From positions 22,844 to 86,843 of the IMG/VR virus record IMGVR_UViG_3300023174_000118: a stretch of DNA of 64,000 nt, one strand, 5' to 3'. The notes beneath the pieces were generated by a model that had not been told where the DNA came from, did not search any database, and saw only the letters and a list, made by a program, of their open reading frames with translations. Each line of letters starts with the position of its first letter. The stretch's first letter is position 1. Below, piece by piece: positions 58,682-64,000 of the stretch. Both the position numbers and the translations under genes were made by a program. This stretch comes from a virus.

Positions 58682-60616
58682 CTAAGCCAAAATATCCACA
58701 AGTTCACAGTTTCCGTCTGAACTGCAGGCAAGCGTGGCATTTGTGGAAGTACCATCTTCTGTCTCATAAAAAGATAAATCTTCCCAACGGATCTCCTTTG
58801 GCATTTTAGCAACAAGAGCTTCGTATTCTTCTTTTTCTACTTCCTGATAAGGAGCCTGCTTATAGGAGTGATCTGAATGTGGCAGGAATGAAATACCTGA
58901 GACCTCATCAAAATGCTTATAAACCCAAGCACCTACTTCCATCCATTCATCTTCTTTTACTGAAACTGTAATTGAAGGCTTATGCTCACACCATGCACGT
59001 TGGTAAACTAACCAAATATTTAAGTGTTCAATAGCAGTTAAATCATTTCTAACAATTGCACCTTGTGGTGCTTTTACTGGAAATGAAAAAACGTATGTAT
59101 CGTTTGGCTTCATTACATCATCTTCTACGGGAATTCCGACTTCCTTTAAAAATGTAGAAATTGGATCTCCTTTTGAACCACGTACTGTGCGAATATAATA
59201 TGGAGAATGCCATGCATGCATTCCTGAAGACACCCCGACCAATTGAGATACTGTTCCTGATGGCTTTACACATGTAATAGCAGCAGACTCTGGAATCCCA
59301 ATTTTCCCAGCCTCATCTTTATTCTTTGCTCTTGCTGATTCTCTAAGAGTCATCAAAAATGCTTCTAACGAAACAAGGTCTTCTTTTCCTGACATAAACT
59401 TGTGCCCAAATTGTCCAGTTAAAGATACTCCTAGTAAGCGTTCTTCTTCTGTATTATCTTTCCAAATTTTACGAAGGTATTTGAAGTCTGTAAGTGTAGA
59501 CTGCCATGTTCCAAGAATGGTTGCAAGTTCTACCTTACGCTCAATATCTTTCTTTGTATCATTTTCACGTAATACGACTTCTGAAAGATTACAAAACTGG
59601 TAAGGACGTAAAATAATCTCTGAACATGGGTTAGTTCCGTAGTGTATATCTGGATCTCTTCTTCCATACTTGGCTGCTTGGGTTTGAGCTGCGGCCACAT
59701 TGTATATACCTCGTTCTCCCGATTTTGAATCATATAAAGATTTCCATTCTGCAATAAATTGTTCCATATCTGGTTTGCGTGAATACGCAACAGAGTTATT
59801 TGATAATGCACGTTGTGGACTTGCTTCCCACCAGTTTCCTGATTTAGCCTGCGCCATTTCAATGTCATTAATATTTGAAAGAGAAATCATTGCTGAGCGA
59901 CGTACTCCGCCAACTACAACAACTTCACCAATCTTGCACATAATGTCATGGCATTCAATTGGCTTAAGGTTTCTTCCTGTAGCATTTTTAAATTTTGCAA
60001 TTGTAAAATCAAATAGGTTAACAAGTGGTTGTGGTCCTGATGAACGACCACCCATTGTTTTAAGTCTTGCGCCTGCGGGACGAACTTTAGTAACATCTAT
60101 TGCTGGAATTTGTCCAGACCAAAGAAGTGCTAGAAGTTCACGATAAGCTTTTGCCCAACCTTGCTTTGAATCTTCTACTGTAATTACTGTAGTTGATTTT
60201 TCTAATGATTCTGGGACGGGGGGAAGTTTATTAATGTATTTATACTCAACAGAAAACCCTACACCTGTTCCGCACATAAGAATATACATGGTTTCATCAA
60301 ATGAACGTGGAGAATCAACTGGAAGAAAAGCACAATTGTATCCTGCAACATTATCTCTTTCCAATGCTACTCCTGAAGTCATAACAGAACGCATTGACGG
60401 CATGACATTTCGTTCGAATACACCATTTTTTAATTCCGCAACAAGCTTCTCATCTGGAATATAATTATGATTTGTTTTTAAAGCATTGAGCATAAACTCA
60501 AAATATCTATCTACTGTTTCACCCCACGTTTCACGACGGTTCTCTTCTGGAATCCATCTAGCGTAACGTGATAACGCAATAAAGTTTTCGTATGGGTTTG
60601 CAATAGTCTTAGACAT
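58682..60616 (-). CDS. nrdJ: Adenosylcobalamin-dependent (class II) ribonucleotide reductase
   Basis: PSMR, YNC, GTGVGF, GGVRRSA, TNPCSEI, CNLSE, KPSGT, C-terminal CSSDGNC; no adjacent beta subunit. Confidence 0.92.
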   Translation of the reverse strand: MSKTIANPYENFIALSRYARWIPEENRRETWGETVDRYFEFMLNALKTNHNYIPDEKLVAELKNGVFERNVMPSMRSVMTSGVALERDNVAGYNCAFLPVDSPRSFDETMYILMCGTGVGFSVEYKYINKLPPVPESLEKSTTVITVEDSKQGWAKAYRELLALLWSGQIPAIDVTKVRPAGARLKTMGGRSSGPQPLVNLFDFTIAKFKNATGRNLKPIECHDIMCKIGEVVVVGGVRRSAMISLSNINDIEMAQAKSGNWWEASPQRALSNNSVAYSRKPDMEQFIAEWKSLYDSKSGERGIYNVAAAQTQAAKYGRRDPDIHYGTNPCSEIILRPYQFCNLSEVVLRENDTKKDIERKVELATILGTWQSTLTDFKYLRKIWKDNTEEERLLGVSLTGQFGHKFMSGKEDLVSLEAFLMTLRESARAKNKDEAGKIGIPESAAITCVKPSGTVSQLVGVSSGMHAWHSPYYIRTVRGSKGDPISTFLKEVGIPVEDDVMKPNDTYVFSFPVKAPQGAIVRNDLTAIEHLNIWLVYQRAWCEHKPSITVSVKEDEWMEVGAWVYKHFDEVSGISFLPHSDHSYKQAPYQEVEKEEYEALVAKMPKEIRWEDLSFYETEDGTSTNATLACSSDGNCELVDILA

Positions 60617-60704
60617 TTTATAATACCTGTTTCTCCGCCTGGCGGTTAATTTAAATTTAGTGTGAAGATCCTATTCTACCAAAGAACGCTTAAAAGGGGA
60701 AGCC

Positions 60705-61709
60705 CTAAGAAAATTTTTTAGATAATCTTTCAAAAGCTTTCTTGGTCAACTGATCCCAATTGTAATCTTCATGTATTTTAGTTGATTGAGCAAAATAATA
60801 GCCAGAGTAAGCTTTATAGTTATTTGATACATTTAACATTAGTTCTTCTAAATGTTTTGCATCTGGCTTAAACATTTTTCCAATGTGCCCATCAGATATA
60901 AAGTTTGGCATAGTCTCATCTGTAAGTTTAGAGTCTAATTTAAGCGGTCCCATATAGTCCATATAGTGAGACCAATCATATGTTGATATAACTGGCATAC
61001 CTGTTGCTAAACCTTGAAGTGGTATAAAACCAAAACCTTCTCCCCATGTTGGATAAACTAAAACATGATGATCGTGATAAAGTTTTACAAGATTTTCTTC
61101 GCTAATTTCATCTGTAATTAAATCAATGTTGCTATAAAGTTCGTGGGGAACTCCAATAATACTATCTTCATGATCATAGACTCTAACTGTACTAAACTTA
61201 TGCGCTTTAATCGTTAAATGATAATTTGGATTATTCCCAAATAGTTTTATGAAGGTATTTACTACTAGTTGCCCGTCTTTTCTAGGGGAAGGCTCTCCAA
61301 CATGCAAAAATTTTAATGGTTCTCCTTCTTTAACAAATCTTTTCTTTGGAACCCAAATGCTTTCAATCCCATGTGGATAAACATATATTGGTTTAGTTAT
61401 TCCATTGTCTTTAAATACTTTAGCGCACCAATCTGATGTTGTCCAAACTTCGTCACATTCATTAAAACGTTCTACCCAGTCAGGATTCATTTCTGTAGAT
61501 TCCCAGGGAGTATATGAAACTTGATATTGTTTTCTGTGTAATTTAAAATGTTGTGGCTGAGTAAAACTTAATTGAATATCAGCTTTAGGATCAGCAAATG
61601 TTACGTAGTGTCCTAGTTTATTTAAAGATTTAACTATATTTTTTCCTGCATAGCCGTAGCCAACTGCGGGATTAAGCCCCGACTGAATAGTATAATAAGA
61701 TATATTCAT
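60705..61709 (-). CDS. Glycosyltransferase, GT-B/GT4-like
   Basis: GYG, TPWEST, PHGI, RKDG, EGFGFIPLQGLATGMPVI. Confidence 0.9.
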   Translation of the reverse strand: MNISYYTIQSGLNPAVGYGYAGKNIVKSLNKLGHYVTFADPKADIQLSFTQPQHFKLHRKQYQVSYTPWESTEMNPDWVERFNECDEVWTTSDWCAKVFKDNGITKPIYVYPHGIESIWVPKKRFVKEGEPLKFLHVGEPSPRKDGQLVVNTFIKLFGNNPNYHLTIKAHKFSTVRVYDHEDSIIGVPHELYSNIDLITDEISEENLVKLYHDHHVLVYPTWGEGFGFIPLQGLATGMPVISTYDWSHYMDYMGPLKLDSKLTDETMPNFISDGHIGKMFKPDAKHLEELMLNVSNNYKAYSGYYFAQSTKIHEDYNWDQLTKKAFERLSKKFS

Positions 61710-61731
61710 GTTTTCTTTCTGGTTGACTGGC

Positions 61732-61761
61732 TTGACAGGCTTATCCTATCAATGTTATGAT
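61732..61761 (+). promoter_or_regulatory. Promoter of the plus-strand island
   Basis: TTGACA-18 nt-TATGAT with an extended TG; divergent from the glycosyltransferase gene. Confidence 0.6.
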
Positions 61762-61794
61762 TGTAGTTCGTTATCTCTAGAGGAGGAAATGCCA

Positions 61795-62346
61795 ATGGAG
61801 AAAATAAAACAACAGGTGAGTGATCTGGCTCATAACATAGTTACAATAGTAATGATAACATTATTTTTGTTTCCTGTACAGCCAGTGCAAGCCTTAGAAG
61901 TAAAACCTTTAGTGAAAACTGAAGCCCAATTAAAGCAAGAAGTCTTAGATAGTTTTAGTAAAGAGATTTACAAGCCATCTGAGATGCTTACAGACGAAGA
62001 GTTAGTTTTACTACTTGAGACTGTAGGATTCGAAGGATCAGGCCTTCAAAAAGCTTGGTCAATAGCAAAGCGTGAATCTAATGGAAGACCGCTTGCATAT
62101 AACGGGGATAAGAAAACTGGAGATAGTTCCTATGGAATATTCCAGATAAACATGATCGGAAATCTTGGTCCTGCAAGACTTGAGAAATTCGACCTAAAGA
62201 GTAACAAAGAGTTATTCGACCCAGTAACTAACGCAGAGATAACGTACTACATGACTAATGGCGGTTTAGATTGGTCAAGCTGGAAGGGTATGACCCCGAA
62301 GGCCAAGGAATGGCTTTTGCAATTCCCAACTAATGTAAAGAAGTAG
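61795..62346 (+). CDS. Secreted lysozyme-like / SLT-type transglycosylase
   Basis: SD AGGAGG 8 nt before ATG 61795; signal-like hydrophobic N-terminus; IAKRESNG, SYGIFQIN, LFDPVTNA, WSSW. Confidence 0.85.
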   Translation: MEKIKQQVSDLAHNIVTIVMITLFLFPVQPVQALEVKPLVKTEAQLKQEVLDSFSKEIYKPSEMLTDEELVLLLETVGFEGSGLQKAWSIAKRESNGRPLAYNGDKKTGDSSYGIFQINMIGNLGPARLEKFDLKSNKELFDPVTNAEITYYMTNGGLDWSSWKGMTPKAKEWLLQFPTNVKK

Positions 62347-62352
62347 GAAGTA

Positions 62353-62562
62353 ATGCAGATACAATACGTATCTAAGTACATAGCCTTATCACAAGAGGGC
62401 CTTGTTCCAAGACTTGAATGTCCGATGGATCAGGGTCCTCTTTTCCCTAATCAAAACGGGGAGGATAGAGTCTTTGTTTATTGTCTATCTTGCCAATATA
62501 AGAAAATCCTTGGAACAAAAGATTACGATGATATCGTGAAAGCGGTGGACAATGTCAAATGA
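62353..62562 (+). CDS. Small zinc-ribbon-like protein
   Basis: CPMD...CLSC; SD AGGA. Confidence 0.65.
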   Translation: MQIQYVSKYIALSQEGLVPRLECPMDQGPLFPNQNGEDRVFVYCLSCQYKKILGTKDYDDIVKAVDNVK

Positions 62563-62755
62563 ATGTAAAAGCGGGCAATGCGCCTGCGAGCAAGAAGAAA
62601 ACTTCTTTCATGTTAAAGTGATTCCGCAAAATAGTGCAAAATTAAGTGCGGCGGAAGAAGAGACCTTTTCTTCATATGAGTTTGAATCAAATGCCCTATC
62701 TGAGAAAGACGCTATGGGAAGAGAAATATTTTGGGAAGATATGGGGAGGCCATAA
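62552..62755 (+). CDS. Hypothetical acidic protein
   Basis: Overlaps both neighbours; N-terminal CxxGxCxC. Confidence 0.55.
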   Translation: MSNECKSGQCACEQEENFFHVKVIPQNSAKLSAAEEETFSSYEFESNALSEKDAMGREIFWEDMGRP

Positions 62756-62958
62756 TGGAAGAAAAAGAACCTCAATCAATAGAAGATAACTTACCTATGG
62801 TGAACTATATAATGCTTCACCGTATTTACGACATGCTAACAATTATGGCAAACAAAGCAGATCCTGAAAAGACAGCTAAAATGATTGAATACCATGAACA
62901 AGGATTTCTTCTTGGGCCTGCGCCATCATTTGCTCCATCTGAAGATCCTGTTGACTAG
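62755..62958 (+). CDS. Hypothetical protein
   Basis: TAATG coupling and SD GGAGG give start 62755; YIMLHRIYDML. Confidence 0.7.
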   Translation: MEEKEPQSIEDNLPMVNYIMLHRIYDMLTIMANKADPEKTAKMIEYHEQGFLLGPAPSFAPSEDPVD

Positions 62959-62963
62959 AATGC

Positions 62964-62992
62964 TTGACATATAAAATATTCCATATTACAAT
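62964..62992 (+). promoter_or_regulatory. Near-consensus sigma70 promoter
   Basis: TTGACA-17 nt-TACAAT. Confidence 0.8.
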
Positions 62993-62997
62993 TAAGA

Positions 62998-63090
62998 TGT
63001 GTAGGTGATGGCGGCAACGTCTCCCTATATAATGTGTAGCAATACACTAGAAAAGCCCAATCGGATCCGCCTCTGATTGGGATTTTTTCT
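62998..63090 (+). ncRNA. Candidate ~90-nt small RNA
   Basis: Lies between the promoter and a terminator; two GCAA-tetraloop hairpins; no SD-led ORF. Confidence 0.6.
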
Positions 63091-63092
63091 TT
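63056..63092 (+). terminator. Intrinsic terminator
   Basis: CCCAATCGGA-N6-TCTGATTGGG followed by ATTTTTTCTTT. Confidence 0.75.
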
Positions 63093-63303
63093 TATATAGA
63101 TAGTATATGGACAATACGGACATATAGTGCATATAGTGCGAAAAAAGTGCTTCGGCGAAAGAAGAGCCATACTAGCACATACAACAATTTGTAGAATATA
63201 CCTTATAAGCCCTCTACGGGGGTTCTAAAGCCCTGAAGGGCCATATTTGGTATCTCCGATAAGAAAGGCCCTTAAAAGGGCGGGAGATAAAAAGCTGTGA
63301 ATT

Positions 63304-63384
63304 TTATATAGTAATAATCACCAATAAATAATATGCGCCAAGGATGATTATTAATGACCATAGGAATGATTTAGAACTGTTCAA
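63304..63384 (-). CDS. 26-aa single-TM microprotein
   Basis: TTG start; MNSSKSFLWSLIIILGAYYLLVIITI; overlaps the upstream gene. Confidence 0.4.
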   Translation of the reverse strand: MNSSKSFLWSLIIILGAYYLLVIITI

Positions 63385-63517
63385 GGTCTATATCTTCATT
63401 TAGGTCAAAATCAAAGAAATCTTCTTGCTGTCCCGCCCAATTTAAAAATTTAGACAAAGCTACACCTGACAGGATTGCTGTCGCAATTAGCATTATAAAA
63501 GCTGAGATTTTTTTCAT
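63371..63517 (-). CDS. 48-aa membrane microprotein with an acidic tail
   Basis: MKKISAFIMLIATAILSGVALSKFLNWAGQQEDFFDFDLNEDIDLEQF; ATGA coupling. Confidence 0.65.
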   Translation of the reverse strand: MKKISAFIMLIATAILSGVALSKFLNWAGQQEDFFDFDLNEDIDLEQF

Positions 63518-63591
63518 TTGATATCATCCCAAAATGCTATTAATAGAACCAATATAGGTCCAAATATTACTGTTGCTTGAATCCAATTCAT
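63514..63591 (-). CDS. 25-aa single-TM microprotein
   Basis: MNWIQATVIFGPILVLLIAFWDDIK; ATGA overlaps at both ends; SD AAGGA. Confidence 0.6.
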   Translation of the reverse strand: MNWIQATVIFGPILVLLIAFWDDIK

Positions 63592-63734
63592 TTAGATTCC
63601 TTAGATTTCATGATCATTGCATATTCCATGCCATGTGCCATGCAGTATCCAATAGATGAATCATCTTTTCTTGTTGCAAATACTGGCAATCTGCATGTTG
63701 GCGTATTGCATTTCATATCTTTTAAATTATTCAT
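63588..63734 (-). CDS. 48-aa Cys/His microprotein (possible Zn finger)
   Basis: CNTPTC...CMAH; TGGTATAAT lies 6 nt upstream of the ATG. Confidence 0.6.
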   Translation of the reverse strand: MNNLKDMKCNTPTCRLPVFATRKDDSSIGYCMAHGMEYAMIMKSKESK

Positions 63735-63758
63735 ATTAATATTATACCATAATCCTAG

Positions 63759-64000
63759 TCAACTAGCTTTTATTCCATGTTTTCTCATATGAGTTCTTAC
63801 TCTATGGCAATTAGAACATACTATCTCACACTTAGCTATTTCTTCATCCAGGCGTTTCTTAGATAGGGTATTTATTAGTTCCGCCACATTTGCTTGCTTC
63901 CGCCCACGAACATGATCAAAATCCATCATATAATACGGATAGGATATTTTACAATCCATACATGGGTTTTTTTCTTTTAAGTCTTTTAAATAACGTGCCA
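63759..64000 (-). CDS. HNH endonuclease (5'-truncated by the window)
   Basis: PCMDC...DFDHV...KCEIVCSNCHRVRT; frame open to the window edge. Confidence 0.85.
   Translation of the reverse strand, partial: ARYLKDLKEKNPCMDCKISYPYYMMDFDHVRGRKQANVAELINTLSKKRLDEEIAKCEIVCSNCHRVRTHMRKHGIKAS

Larger units (their letters stand above)
1..64000. mobile_element. Tailed dsDNA bacteriophage genome segment (long non-contractile tail; probable actinobacterial host)
   Basis: Contiguous portal-protease-capsid-neck-tail tube-chaperone-tape measure-minor tail module with no sheath gene, plus phage-type RNR, HNH and lysozyme-like genes. No bacterial housekeeping operons. Host assignment is inference. Confidence 0.95.

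Noticed and set aside
58682-60616. Intein or intron in the RNR, or an upstream cobalamin riboswitch
   Set aside because: Motifs are contiguous at normal length with no splice motifs, and the ~90-bp upstream gap is too short for the riboswitch.
61708-61794. Long N-terminal extension or riboswitch before the transglycosylase
   Set aside because: The interval is occupied by divergent promoters, and the SD points to ATG 61795.
62998-63090. tRNA gene
   Set aside because: No cloverleaf, T-loop (GTTCRA) or acceptor stem.
62955-63170. 71-aa minus-strand ORF with Cys pairs
   Set aside because: Runs antisense through the promoter, hairpins and terminator; the Cys pattern arises from the CATATAGTG repeat.

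Overview
The window is 64 kb of an AT-rich tailed dsDNA phage (siphovirus-type) genome, coded almost entirely on the minus strand. In transcription order it carries a GT4-like glycosyltransferase, a class II (B12) ribonucleotide reductase and a holin-like protein. Next comes a ~30 kb block of accessory fibre/decoration genes: collagen-like Gly-X-Gln fibres, LamG and beta-propeller domains, nine polyglycine paralogues in two tandem arrays, and an embedded GH-propeller/TPR/FkbM operon. The core structural module follows: portal, HK97-type protease with a nested scaffold, major capsid, neck, major tail, tail chaperone with a -1 frameshift, a 2163-aa tape measure and minor tail genes, then a metallophosphoesterase. 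A short plus-strand island (61.8-63.1 kb) holds a lysozyme-like gene, small ORFs and a candidate ~90-nt sRNA. Gene order and leaderless extended -10 promoters suggest an actinobacterial host (inference). No terminase, integrase, tRNA or CRISPR array was recognised. The strongest candidate for an undescribed system is a modular, probably branched fibre set, in which recurring terminal peptides link fibres to adaptors and to two classes of polyglycine tip proteins. Other notable signals are an ATT-started fibre gene, a GG-motif-bounded insert in the tape measure, the sRNA with flanking repeats, and a chain of membrane microproteins. All product calls come from motif reading and gene order, not from database searches.
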